From an uncultured bacterium (GTDB lineage: Bacteria > Planctomycetota > UBA8108 > UBA1146), in NCBI GenBank assembly GCA_938075155.1, contig CALJGL010000011.1, positions 78,992 to 142,991 of the forward strand: a DNA stretch of 64,000 nucleotides, given 5' to 3'. Below, in pieces: positions 47,960 to 57,738 of the stretch. Position 1 is the stretch's first letter; every line of letters begins with the position of its first letter. Under the pieces are notes generated by a model. The model had not been told where the DNA came from. It was given only the letters and a program-made list of their open reading frames with translations, and made no database searches. Made by a program: the position numbers and the translations under genes.

Positions 47960-50260
47960 TTAGCGGTCTTCGTCTTGGTTTGAAGTGAGTTCGTCACAGT
48001 CCCACCAAACTTGGAATCCAGGCGGAGGCAACACCCAAGAGATCTCACTGAATTGGACCTCTGTTGAGATTCCATTGAGCAAGACCACAAGTTTCTGCTT
48101 CTCTTTATTGATCTTTTTGACTTCGCATACCTGCTGTAATCGGGGAACAAAGACCGAGTCTCCTTTTCGCAATGAACGTGCAGACTCCAGCCTTCGCTGG
48201 TTTAGTCGAGTCCCCGACCTGCTATCTTCAAGCAAGGATCGAAGTTCTGACAAGACGACTCCTCTTTCACCGGTCAGTTCCCCAATGCGATTCAAGGCCG
48301 ACTCCACCTGATCAATCACAGAATGAACACGCTGCTCCTCAGATCGCTCCAGTTCATACTCAAGTGCACCACGAGTATTTCTCTGGTCGATACTTTGTTG
48401 CTCTACGTCTCTGGCCAACTGCTTCGCTTTGTCGCCATGCTGCTGAGCTTCTCGAACTCTTCTCTCTAGGTCAGATTGAGATCTCCGCAAGCCCTCGATC
48501 ACTTCAGGATCAATTCCTGTCTCTTTTTCACTTCTCTCTCTCGCCACTGACACGACATCGGCTGGCATACCGATTCTCTCAGCGATCACGAGTGCATTCG
48601 ATCGACCAGGAAGCCCTACTTTCAGTTTGTAGGTAGGAGCCAATTTCTCCGGATCGAATTCCATAGCCGCATTTTCACATTTCCTCCTGCGATATGCGTA
48701 TTCCTTCAGACGCCCGAGGTGCGTCGTCACCAACGCCATCGTCCCCTTCTCATAGAGACGATCAAGAACGGCCTCAGCCAAAGGAGCACCTTCAAGAGGA
48801 TCTGTTCCCGAACCCAATTCATCGAGAAGTACGAGACTTCTACTTGTTGAGGACTGGAGAATGGAAGCAACAATCGTGACATGAGCAGAAAAGGTAGAGA
48901 GATCCTGCTGCAAACTTTGTTCATCTCCAATATCTGCAAAAATCTGGTCAAAGACCGGTATTCGAGATCCGGGACTGACAGGAATAGGAAGACCACAAGC
49001 GACCATCATCGAGAGTAAACCCACTGTTTTTAGAACAACGGTTTTCCCACCCGTATTTGGTCCAGTGACTACGAGTTGGTAGCGATTAGGTTTCAGTTGC
49101 AAATCGAGGTGAGTGATCGTTTCGTATGCTTTTTCGAGTCCGTGATCATCGTGGCCATGGATTTCAAGTTCTCGCCATATCAAAAGCGGATGACGGGCTT
49201 GAATCAGTAATAAATCTCGTTCTTCAACAATCTCAGGAATTTCACAGCCAAGACTTTGAGCAAACTTCGATTTTGCTTGGATCACATCCAGTTCAACAAG
49301 GTGATTCCAGAGCTCCATGACTTTTTCATGCTTCAACCAAACTTCGCGGGAGAGTTCTCCTAATATCCTTCTCTGCTCTTGCTGGATTCTCTCTTGTACA
49401 CGCTGAAGTTTATTTCCAGTCCTGACAACCTGCTCTGGCTCCAAGAATAGAGTCTGTCCAGAAGCAGACTCGGCATGAACAACTCCTCGCACTTGATGTC
49501 GACACTCGGCGCGAACCGACCAGCAAAATCGCCCATTCCTTGGAGTAATCACCGAACTTTGTAAAAACTTCTTCCAGGGACTTTTGTCTCTTTGAGATTC
49601 GAGCCATTCCCTAATTTCCTTCTCTAGGGCGCGAGCTTCTTTTCGGAGATCGAAAATTTTTGAGGAAGCGCTATCCAATATTTCACCATGAGAGGATAGC
49701 GTCTTTTCCAACTTCTCTCTCAAGGCCGGAAGGTCCGTTAACTGAAGGGCACGTTGTTTCAAATGAGGATATTCGTCCTCCTCAAGAACTCTTCGTAGAG
49801 ATCTCGCTCTATCTAGAACCCTAGCGACGATCGATAGCTGAGGACCATCCAGAAGTTGCCCGCCCGAACTCCCATCTCGACCAAGAATTTTACTCAGATC
49901 ACCTAATCCGGATAATCCCAGTTGAAGGCCATCATTCAGTCGTGTGGTCAGTTCCCCGACTTCAGCAAGCCGAGATCGAACAATTGAGGGAGATGTTTCA
50001 GGTTGGAGCTCAGTGATTCTATGTTTCCCCACCCGAGTTGAGGCACTCGCGGAGACAAGACGAAGCAACTCAGAAAGTTCAAGCCGACGTTCTGAGTCGG
50101 CCTTTTCGTAGCGAGGGAGAGAGACGCTTCCTTTTGCAGGAAGTTTCTTTTTCCCTTTGCGGTTTCTGTTTTTGGAATGAGGGCGCTGATCATTGCCATT
50201 ATTCCCTTGCTCGGGTTTCCCTTGCCTTTGGTCACTCGACTTCGCTTCCTCGTCTTGCAC
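47960..50260 (-). CDS. mutS2: MutS2-family ATPase lacking the Smr domain
   Basis: SASGQTLFLEP, ARHPLL, TGPNTGGKT, DIGDEQS.QQDLSTFS.H, LDELGSGTDP.EG, TTH, G.PGRSNAL; ends in a KOW-like segment. Confidence 0.9.
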   Translation of the reverse strand: MQDEEAKSSDQRQGKPEQGNNGNDQRPHSKNRNRKGKKKLPAKGSVSLPRYEKADSERRLELSELLRLVSASASTRVGKHRITELQPETSPSIVRSRLAEVGELTTRLNDGLQLGLSGLGDLSKILGRDGSSGGQLLDGPQLSIVARVLDRARSLRRVLEEDEYPHLKQRALQLTDLPALREKLEKTLSSHGEILDSASSKIFDLRKEARALEKEIREWLESQRDKSPWKKFLQSSVITPRNGRFCWSVRAECRHQVRGVVHAESASGQTLFLEPEQVVRTGNKLQRVQERIQQEQRRILGELSREVWLKHEKVMELWNHLVELDVIQAKSKFAQSLGCEIPEIVEERDLLLIQARHPLLIWRELEIHGHDDHGLEKAYETITHLDLQLKPNRYQLVVTGPNTGGKTVVLKTVGLLSMMVACGLPIPVSPGSRIPVFDQIFADIGDEQSLQQDLSTFSAHVTIVASILQSSTSRSLVLLDELGSGTDPLEGAPLAEAVLDRLYEKGTMALVTTHLGRLKEYAYRRRKCENAAMEFDPEKLAPTYKLKVGLPGRSNALVIAERIGMPADVVSVARERSEKETGIDPEVIEGLRRSQSDLERRVREAQQHGDKAKQLARDVEQQSIDQRNTRGALEYELERSEEQRVHSVIDQVESALNRIGELTGERGVVLSELRSLLEDSRSGTRLNQRRLESARSLRKGDSVFVPRLQQVCEVKKINKEKQKLVVLLNGISTEVQFSEISWVLPPPGFQVWWDCDELTSNQDEDR

Positions 50261-50306
50261 TCGAAGATGGTCCTCTCAGGAGTTCCTCAGAGGACGTTGC
50301 AGTATT

Positions 50307-51728
50307 TCAGCAATCCTCTTCGACTTGAATGTGCAGGGAATCTCCCCCACGAAGAATCTCGCGGGCACGATTCATACACTCGATAGCGTTATCACGCCCT
50401 CTAGCGCAGCCCATCGTACCTCCTCCTCGGATTTCGGGAAGAACCTCTTTGATCCTTCGGATCAAACTCTCTGGCACAACATTCTCAGGCGGTTCCAGTA
50501 GAACCCAGATCTCTTGCCCCGAGTATTCGATCCAATCGGACTTCCGAAGTATTCCACGTAACTTCCTGACAGTCTCTTCAGGATCTCCGAGTTCCTCGAT
50601 GACGATGACGCCCGGTTTCACACAACTACGTTCAGAAGCATAGAGACGCGATTGCAACAGTCGTTCAAACCTGATTGTGGGATCCTCAAAGGACGGAGAG
50701 CCATCTCCTCGGGTTGCGGGAATAAGATTCTCGATATTCGGAAGCAATCCGAGTGCTCCCCAAAAGACAGATCTCGCCGACAGGGAGTCGACAGGCAAGA
50801 GCCCCAACCAGCAATCTTCCGCGGGAAGACCCATAAATGGTCCCAAAGTCCCAGGTTCTGATGGAAGAGGCGAGTTCCTAGTGATTTCATCACCCAACGC
50901 CCGAAAAACTTCTCCGGGATCTCGCCCACCCACTTTCACATCATGGGAATCCTCTTTGGGACGTAATTCAGCCCAGCCAAAAAATGCTTCATCACTTTCG
51001 GCCCAACGCTTGATGGCTTCCGTAGAAGTTTCGCCGGTCTGACGAGCATTCAGCAATGCTTCAACAAACTGAATCAAGTTCATACTGATCGCCGGGGCTA
51101 CATATTTTTCTTTCAAATCCAGTTCCTGCTCAAGAGGTTCATAAACAGCCTGACTTAATTCCGAGAATTCATCTTTTTGCCATTCGAGCCTAATGTCTTC
51201 AACTCCAACTTCACGTGGAAAGGAATCCGTCATTTTCTCAGGTGGATGATTCCCCAAAAAGAGCTGCTCAATGATTTTATGATTCACATCCGAATCAAGA
51301 GGACGAACGAGGCTCCATAATGGTCCATAAGTTCCTGATCGATCTTCGCCTCGTAGAATGGCGACTGGTTTATTTCCTGCCCATTCGAGAAGATCATCAG
51401 CATTCTTTACAAATTCTTCCGTGACGATAACTCCACAATACCTACTAATATCTTGTCCATGTGAATCCGGCTGTGTGATGACGATGAAGCATTTATCGGG
51501 TCCCCAGCGCAGGTTCAAGGCGACAACATCATCCCCGTTCTTTTTCCCACCAAGAATCAGCACGCCTTGCTGTTTGGGGAGATCACCACTTCGAGCGGAC
51601 TCTTCAACAAGTTGATTTTGTTTCTCGCTAAGTTCATAGATTTCACGGGATAATGAATCTGAGTTTTTTCGACGGCCATCACGGCCGATAAGAAAGTCCG
51701 CGCTCGGGTCCTTTTCTTCAGCCATCAC
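50307..51728 (-). CDS. Hypothetical protein with a possible degenerate GGDEF-fold C-terminus
   Basis: 473-aa ORF with a GAGGAG RBS; C-terminal LRGILRKSDWIEYSGQEIWVLL pattern. Confidence 0.65.
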   Translation of the reverse strand: MMAEEKDPSADFLIGRDGRRKNSDSLSREIYELSEKQNQLVEESARSGDLPKQQGVLILGGKKNGDDVVALNLRWGPDKCFIVITQPDSHGQDISRYCGVIVTEEFVKNADDLLEWAGNKPVAILRGEDRSGTYGPLWSLVRPLDSDVNHKIIEQLFLGNHPPEKMTDSFPREVGVEDIRLEWQKDEFSELSQAVYEPLEQELDLKEKYVAPAISMNLIQFVEALLNARQTGETSTEAIKRWAESDEAFFGWAELRPKEDSHDVKVGGRDPGEVFRALGDEITRNSPLPSEPGTLGPFMGLPAEDCWLGLLPVDSLSARSVFWGALGLLPNIENLIPATRGDGSPSFEDPTIRFERLLQSRLYASERSCVKPGVIVIEELGDPEETVRKLRGILRKSDWIEYSGQEIWVLLEPPENVVPESLIRRIKEVLPEIRGGGTMGCARGRDNAIECMNRAREILRGGDSLHIQVEEDC

Positions 51729-51850
51729 AACTCCTCAATTGAAATCATTCGGAAACAAGTCCAGTACAGATATAAGCCAGCCACAGGTACGAGGCCGTGA
51801 TAGTACGATGAAACCCTCATGAATCCTCGAGGTCAAGCATCAGGGTCGAA

Positions 51851-53074
51851 TCAGCGGATTTCCGTATAGCGCCCAAAGTTACGCGAGGAGATACGACGGA
51901 GGAATTCTCCGGCCCTCTTCTCATCCTGATCTTTCGCTGTTCCAGCGAAAAAGCCAATACAATGCACCCGAACTCCCCTGTAACGATTCCAGGTCGAAAC
52001 AGCCTCTTCGATCAGCAAACTGGATGTTTCTTTTCCAGCTGTCGGAGATCCGTCTGACAACAGATAAATAGTATCGACTTCCCGATGAGAAAAGGCGTTC
52101 TGGAGTGCATCGTATGTGTTCGTTTCCCCACCGGCTTCCAGATTATCAACAAAAGTCATCGCCTTTTTGATCAAGCTCCCTTTTGACTTTATCAATTTGG
52201 GAGACATCACCTGCAAATCTTCTGAAAAAGCAACCACAGTAAACTTACTCTTGGTGGTTAGCCCATCTTGCAAGACTCGTTTCAATTGGTTCCTTGCGAT
52301 TTCCATTCTGCTATCACCAACGGTTGTACTCGCCAACATGCTGCCAGAAATGTCGAGGAGGAAAACAACTCTGTCGCTGGCGATCTCTCCATAGAGGCCT
52401 TCTTTTACAGCCGTGGTGAGCGGCTTCTCTTCTGACATATCCGATTCGGAAATAATAGGACTCGGCTTCCAATCCTTCTTTTTATTCTCCCACCAGATCT
52501 TCCAACCTGAGGAATCGAGAGGGAAAGTCTCTCCGGTAAAGTTCTCTAATATGTCGCTGATGTCCTCGCGAAGTCGACCGTCAGCTTTTTCCAATAGTTT
52601 TATCAGTGCTGAAACCACATCTGAATGTGGATGATCCCTCAGCATTCGAACTGCAAAGGTCACAATCCAATCGGTTTTATCCTCAAGACGGTCGACAAAT
52701 TCCTTACGAGATTCGTCTTTAGGCCACGATTGCATCACTCTCATCGCATCAATCTGTGTTTCGAATCTTCGTGAACGCCGAACAATTTGTACAATACGGT
52801 CGTGAGCCCCTTCCGACTTTAACCCGCGAGCAATCCTTAAGGCTTCTTCATGAACCATGAGTGAAGGGTGTGACATACCCTTTTCAATCAGGATTAAGGC
52901 CGTGCCTCCCCCATCGAACTCAGCCAGAGACTCCATCGCATCGCAGATACCAGATTCGTCTCCAGATTTCAGGGCTTTCATAAATAAAGCCTGCGATTCC
53001 GGGAAATCACTCTCTGGAAATGCTGAAAGGGGAAGAGACAGTGTCAGTAAGAAAAATAGATTCAACATTTTCAT
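51851..53074 (-). CDS. Exported HEAT-repeat plus VWA domain protein
   Basis: Signal peptide, HEAT-like repeats ending W..WW, VWA MIDAS residues DISGS...GETN...LSDG. Confidence 0.85.
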   Translation of the reverse strand: MKMLNLFFLLTLSLPLSAFPESDFPESQALFMKALKSGDESGICDAMESLAEFDGGGTALILIEKGMSHPSLMVHEEALRIARGLKSEGAHDRIVQIVRRSRRFETQIDAMRVMQSWPKDESRKEFVDRLEDKTDWIVTFAVRMLRDHPHSDVVSALIKLLEKADGRLREDISDILENFTGETFPLDSSGWKIWWENKKKDWKPSPIISESDMSEEKPLTTAVKEGLYGEIASDRVVFLLDISGSMLASTTVGDSRMEIARNQLKRVLQDGLTTKSKFTVVAFSEDLQVMSPKLIKSKGSLIKKAMTFVDNLEAGGETNTYDALQNAFSHREVDTIYLLSDGSPTAGKETSSLLIEEAVSTWNRYRGVRVHCIGFFAGTAKDQDEKRAGEFLRRISSRNFGRYTEIR

Positions 53075-53688
53075 GGCCTTTCTTCTCGAATGATCTTCAC
53101 GATGGCTTTTTTCAAATCTGATCGGGATTGATTTTGCTCGATGACACCATCCGAAATGACTCGGTCTAAACTTCTCGCCAACAATTGTCGATGATCAGCA
53201 TCTGTTTTCACCAGAATACTAACAAGCTCGTGCAGCACATGATCTGCTAAGGTATCCACGACAACCTCTGGTGCTATCGCAGCCAACTTTACTAATTCTT
53301 CTTCAAAGGTGTCGGGCTCCGAATCGTTGTCACGATAATGAGCCTTCAGATCCTGAACGCGCTCAGAGTTACGATAACTAGATCCAGATTCTTGAAGATG
53401 CTTGCTTTCCGCTTGGATAAACAGAATCGCAGTTTCACCGATCTCGATGATAGATCCATGCTCCAAATCGGCACTCTGGATGCTTTCACCATCCAGGAAA
53501 GTCCCATTCGAACTCCCTAAATCAGTGCATATCACACGATCAACATCCCGAGTGAGAGCGCAGTGCTGACGACTGAGAATGGGATCTTGAATGGTCACAT
53601 TACAAGAACTCGATCGACCAAAAATCAATGTTCCGTCAATGATACGCATCGATTGATAACGGCCTTCGGATGAAACAACTATTTTCAT
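53071..53688 (-). CDS. FHA-domain protein
   Basis: FGRS, LSRQH, DLGSSNGT, I.IG; overlaps both neighbours. Confidence 0.88.
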   Translation of the reverse strand: MKIVVSSEGRYQSMRIIDGTLIFGRSSSCNVTIQDPILSRQHCALTRDVDRVICTDLGSSNGTFLDGESIQSADLEHGSIIEIGETAILFIQAESKHLQESGSSYRNSERVQDLKAHYRDNDSEPDTFEEELVKLAAIAPEVVVDTLADHVLHELVSILVKTDADHRQLLARSLDRVISDGVIEQNQSRSDLKKAIVKIIREERP

Positions 53689-54140
53689 GAGTCAGTTTCC
53701 TGAGAGTTGATCGTTGCTTTTGCGAGATCGACTAATTCGGCAGGAAGTCGAACAGGGCGCCTCTTCTTCATATCCACACTGGCGAGCACCGTGGCCCCAG
53801 TGCTGAGAAGATCACCCTTTGAATTCTTGACACGATATTCCAGATGGATTCGTGCCCCCTCACATGAAACTGGGATCGTTTCGATTTCGAGAAGGTCGTC
53901 ATAAAATGCGGGCCTCAGGTATCTGACCGATACTTCAGAGACGAGCAATGAGATGCCTCTCTCCTCAAGAATACGATATGGCAAACCTCGTTGACGCAGC
54001 CACTCTGTTCGAGCGGTCTCAAACCAAACGACATAACGGGAATGATGGATGATTCCACCCTGATCCGTTTCCTCATATCGAGGTCTCAATCTCAGAACAC
54101 CTTCACGATCAGGTTCTGAGCCAGTGACGTCTCTCATCAC
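53685..54140 (-). CDS. Acyl-CoA thioesterase (YbgC/4HBT hotdog family)
   Basis: RYEETDQGGIIHHSRY..WFE.AR, Y..PA.YDD. Confidence 0.9.
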   Translation of the reverse strand: MMRDVTGSEPDREGVLRLRPRYEETDQGGIIHHSRYVVWFETARTEWLRQRGLPYRILEERGISLLVSEVSVRYLRPAFYDDLLEIETIPVSCEGARIHLEYRVKNSKGDLLSTGATVLASVDMKKRRPVRLPAELVDLAKATINSQETDS

Positions 54141-54406
54141 TGCTGCTCCTCTGAATTACCTGAAAGCTTGTCAAATCGGTGCTGAAACATTCGCCGAATC
54201 TCTGCTCGGGGATAACCCAAGTCGCAAAGTCTCAAGTACGACTTCACCGCTTTGACGCTCTGATCGTCATACAAATACCTTCCCGATTCGGTCACAAGAG
54301 CCGGGTGGATGAGACGCATCGTTACCAGAGACTGAAGCAACTGCCGGGAAATCCCGGTTTGCTCCATCAAGTCCTTTGGTTTTAGCCAGTTCGTTTCGCT
54401 ACACAT
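54137..54406 (-). CDS. Small MerR-like HTH protein
   Basis: LK..DL...TGISRQ.L, T.SGRYLYD, LGY...EI; no effector domain. Confidence 0.7.
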   Translation of the reverse strand: MCSETNWLKPKDLMEQTGISRQLLQSLVTMRLIHPALVTESGRYLYDDQSVKAVKSYLRLCDLGYPRAEIRRMFQHRFDKLSGNSEEQQ

Positions 54407-54468
54407 AGTTACAGGTTAACACGGACTCCCATCTCAGGAAACGCAAGGTAGACTGTCTCTGGGAGGAA

Positions 54469-55257
54469 TTGGAAATGAAATGGCATTGGATTCGACTGGA
54501 GGAGACCTCCAGCACTCAAATTGTGGCGAAGCAACTTGCAGAAGAAGATCCAGGTCAACACAGGATCGTGATCGCTCGTCGACAAAATTCCGGAAAAGGT
54601 CGTCGTGGAAATTCCTGGCAGAGCCCTGAGGGAGGCCTTTGGTGCACTTTGTCGATTCCGCTGAAGGGCCCCCCTGATCCATTCCTCAATCTACTCTTAG
54701 CATTAGCGGTCCAAGAGGGTGTTTTGGCCCTCCTCAAGGTATCTACAGGGCTCTCTATGAAATGGCCCAATGACCTTCTGGCGAGGGGACAAAAATGGGG
54801 AGGAATACTCTCTGAGGTGATCTCAGCGGGGAATGGGCAAGAAGTATTGATGGGACTCGGGCTGAATCTTCAGATTTCTGCCGCTGACCTTCAAAAAGAA
54901 ACCGAAATCCCCTCCGATGCGACCTCTATCATGGCGGAATTCGGGCAGAGTCCCTCCCCTGAAGAGTCTCTGGAAAGTATCCTGTCAGTGTTCGAAGAGA
55001 CCCTGAAAGAAGATACATCCCCTGGCGGTCGATCCCGAAATCGGCTGAGAATTGCATCTCATCTGGATACCATCGGCAGATCGATCATTTGGAAGGATCT
55101 TCAGGGCAACATTGGAGAGGGTGAAGCAGTGTCCATCGCCGAAGATGGAGCACTGATCGTCGAAATCGACTCAGCAGGTTCAAAACGCATGCTGGAATTG
55201 AGATCCGGAGAAGTCCACCACGTGCGGCCTGCAAATGATGGGTCCATGCCATCATGA
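54469..55257 (+). CDS. birA: Biotin--protein ligase (no N-terminal HTH)
   Basis: SSTQ, Q.SGKGRRG.SW.SP.GGL, KWPNDL, K.GGIL.E, G.GLN, SGEV. Confidence 0.92.
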   Translation: MEMKWHWIRLEETSSTQIVAKQLAEEDPGQHRIVIARRQNSGKGRRGNSWQSPEGGLWCTLSIPLKGPPDPFLNLLLALAVQEGVLALLKVSTGLSMKWPNDLLARGQKWGGILSEVISAGNGQEVLMGLGLNLQISAADLQKETEIPSDATSIMAEFGQSPSPEESLESILSVFEETLKEDTSPGGRSRNRLRIASHLDTIGRSIIWKDLQGNIGEGEAVSIAEDGALIVEIDSAGSKRMLELRSGEVHHVRPANDGSMPS

Positions 55258-55278
55258 CGATGTAGAAAAGGTATTCCG

Positions 55279-56901
55279 ATGACTCAGGACAGCCACCCCG
55301 GTGGTGACTGGCTAGAGCGATGCTGGCGACCCTTCGTCGAGAAGCACCCTGAACGTCAGGATCACTTTCTGACCGCTGGGGGTCTTCCGATAGGTCCCAT
55401 GCAAGCTCATGACCTCAATGAGCCCGGTGCAGGGGAATTCCCATTCACTCGGGGAATCCATCCCAGTATGTACCGAGGTCGACTCTGGACGATGCGCCAG
55501 TATGCGGGCTACTCCTCCCCTACTGAGACCAATGCTCGGTTTCGCTATCTCCTTGAAAAGGGTCAAACCGGATTGTCCGTCGCTTTCGATTTGCCGACAC
55601 AGATCGGCTATGACAGTGACGCCCCTGCCTCGTTAGGTGAAGTGGGAAGAGTGGGTGTTCCCATCAATACGATCGACGACCTGGATTTACTTCTCGATAG
55701 CATTCCTATCGATTCGGTCAGTATTTCAATGACGATCAATTCCACTGCTCCAATTCTTCTTGCGTTACTGGTCGCATTAGCAAAACGCAGAGGAGTGGAT
55801 CCGAAAAAACTACGTGGAACTTTTCAAAACGATATTCTTAAAGAATTTATTGCGAGGGGAACTCAAAGATTCCCGGTAGAGCCATCGATGAGGCTCGTTG
55901 TTGATGTCATAGAGTACTGCCAACAGGAAGTGCCTTCATTTTATCCCATTAGCATCAGTGGCTACCATATCCGCGAAGCGGGCTCGACTGCTGCTCAAGA
56001 GATCGCATTTACACTTGCAGATGGTATCGCTTACATGGAAGCCTGCAAAAATCGAGGACTAGACCTCGTAGCTGTCGGTAGGCGACTCTCGTTCTTCTTC
56101 AACTCCCATAACCAACTCTTCGAAGAGATAGCGAAATTCCGTGCGGCTCGTCGTATGTGGGCAAATATTTGCAGATCACGATTCGGGCTCACCGATGAAA
56201 AGGCTTGCCAACTGAGGTTCCACAGTCAAACCGGTGGCTCCACACTCCAAGCCATGGAACCCTCCAATAATGTGGTACGTGTGACGATCCAAGCCATCGC
56301 TGCAATCCTAGGTGGCACACAATCTCTTCACACCAACGGTTGGGACGAAGCATTGTCTTTACCGAGTGAGGAAGCGGCCAGTCTTGCTCTTCGTACCCAA
56401 CAAATTATTGCGAAAGAATCAGGAATCCCCGATAGCGTCGATCCACTGGGAGGTTCTCCATTTATTGAAGAGCTGACCGATGGAATTGAAAAAGAGGCTC
56501 TATCCCTCATCGAGGATATTGACGAACGAGGAGGAATGATCCATGCCATCAGAGATGGGTTTGCAAGAAGAGCTATCGAAGACAGTGCATACCGAGCACA
56601 ATTAGATCAAGATTCGGGTGTATCAACTCCAGTAGGAGTCGAGCGAGACGGCGAAATTCCAGATGCGCCCTTTAGTGTTGATCCTGCGGTTGAAGCAATG
56701 CGAAAATCGTCTCTTGAAAAACACAGGGAAAATCGTGACAACGATCTTGTTCAAAATCATTTAGTAAAAATCGAAGAGGCTGCTCGTGGTGAAGTAAATA
56801 TGATTCCGGTGATGATTAACGCTTTGGAGTCGGGCTGCACTCTTGGAGAAATTTGTTCGGCTCTCACCGGAGTATTTGGGGAGTTTCAAGACCATGGCTA
56901 G
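55279..56901 (+). CDS. Methylmalonyl-CoA mutase, substrate-binding subunit
   Basis: PFTRGIHP.MYRGRLWTMRQYAG, GLSVAFDLPTQ.GYDSD, QNDILKE, SISGYHIREAG, QSLHTN..DEAL. Confidence 0.93.
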   Translation: MTQDSHPGGDWLERCWRPFVEKHPERQDHFLTAGGLPIGPMQAHDLNEPGAGEFPFTRGIHPSMYRGRLWTMRQYAGYSSPTETNARFRYLLEKGQTGLSVAFDLPTQIGYDSDAPASLGEVGRVGVPINTIDDLDLLLDSIPIDSVSISMTINSTAPILLALLVALAKRRGVDPKKLRGTFQNDILKEFIARGTQRFPVEPSMRLVVDVIEYCQQEVPSFYPISISGYHIREAGSTAAQEIAFTLADGIAYMEACKNRGLDLVAVGRRLSFFFNSHNQLFEEIAKFRAARRMWANICRSRFGLTDEKACQLRFHSQTGGSTLQAMEPSNNVVRVTIQAIAAILGGTQSLHTNGWDEALSLPSEEAASLALRTQQIIAKESGIPDSVDPLGGSPFIEELTDGIEKEALSLIEDIDERGGMIHAIRDGFARRAIEDSAYRAQLDQDSGVSTPVGVERDGEIPDAPFSVDPAVEAMRKSSLEKHRENRDNDLVQNHLVKIEEAARGEVNMIPVMINALESGCTLGEICSALTGVFGEFQDHG

Positions 56902-57310
56902 AAGCGGACCCATCAGAATCCTATTGGCGAAACCTGGACTCGACGGTCATGACCGTGGAATCCGGCTTGTGCTTCGTGCGCTCAGAGATGCTGGAATGGA
57001 AGTCATCTACACGGGCCTGCGAACGAGTCCTGAACAGATCGTCAGAGCAGCCATCGAAGAGGACGTTGAGGCAATAGGCCTCTCCAGTTTGTCAGGGGCC
57101 CATGAAACTCATTTCCTTGAAGTTTCGAGACTCCTCACTGAACAAGGCGCAGAAGATGTCTTGTTGTTTGGAGGCGGCATCATTCCTAAACAGGATCTGG
57201 ACTCACTGAATAACGCTGGCTTTCATCGTCTCTATCCGCCTGGAACACCACTAGAACAGATCGTAGCCGACCTCCAACAGCAACTCCGATCGAAAAGAAA
57301 GGGCGAGTGA
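56894..57310 (+). CDS. Methylmalonyl-CoA mutase, cobalamin-binding subunit
   Basis: KPGLDGHDRG (DxHxxG), GLSSLSGAH, GGGIIP. Start at ATG 56894. Confidence 0.93.
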   Translation: MARSGPIRILLAKPGLDGHDRGIRLVLRALRDAGMEVIYTGLRTSPEQIVRAAIEEDVEAIGLSSLSGAHETHFLEVSRLLTEQGAEDVLLFGGGIIPKQDLDSLNNAGFHRLYPPGTPLEQIVADLQQQLRSKRKGE

Positions 57311-57738
57311 TGATTGCAGGACTTCAGATTGATCACGTCGGCATTGCCGTGAAATCAATCGAAAAATCACTCCAGCTTTGGAGAGACGGCTTAGGGGCCT
57401 CTGTCTCAGAAAAGGAAGAAGTTCCATCTCAAAAAGTGTTGGTAGCATTCCTCAACACAGGAGAAGGAAAAACAGAACTACTCGAACCTACCTCCGATGA
57501 CTCCCCTATCGCTCGATTTATCGAGAAAAAGGGTGAGGGAATTCATCATATTGCATACAAAACTGAAGACTTGTCCTCAACATTGACACGTCTCAAAGAA
57601 CAAGGTGCACAGTTAATCTATGATGAGGCTCAACCTGGTAGTCACGGAACGATGATTAACTTCATCCACCCAGCGACTTCTGGAGGAGTACTCATAGAAC
57701 TCGTGCAATACCCTGCCGCTCGAGAGGAGCTCTCCTGA
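57307..57738 (+). CDS. mce: Methylmalonyl-CoA epimerase
   Basis: [25 protein letters not shown]...GGVLIEL. Confidence 0.93.
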   Translation: MMIAGLQIDHVGIAVKSIEKSLQLWRDGLGASVSEKEEVPSQKVLVAFLNTGEGKTELLEPTSDDSPIARFIEKKGEGIHHIAYKTEDLSSTLTRLKEQGAQLIYDEAQPGSHGTMINFIHPATSGGVLIELVQYPAAREELS

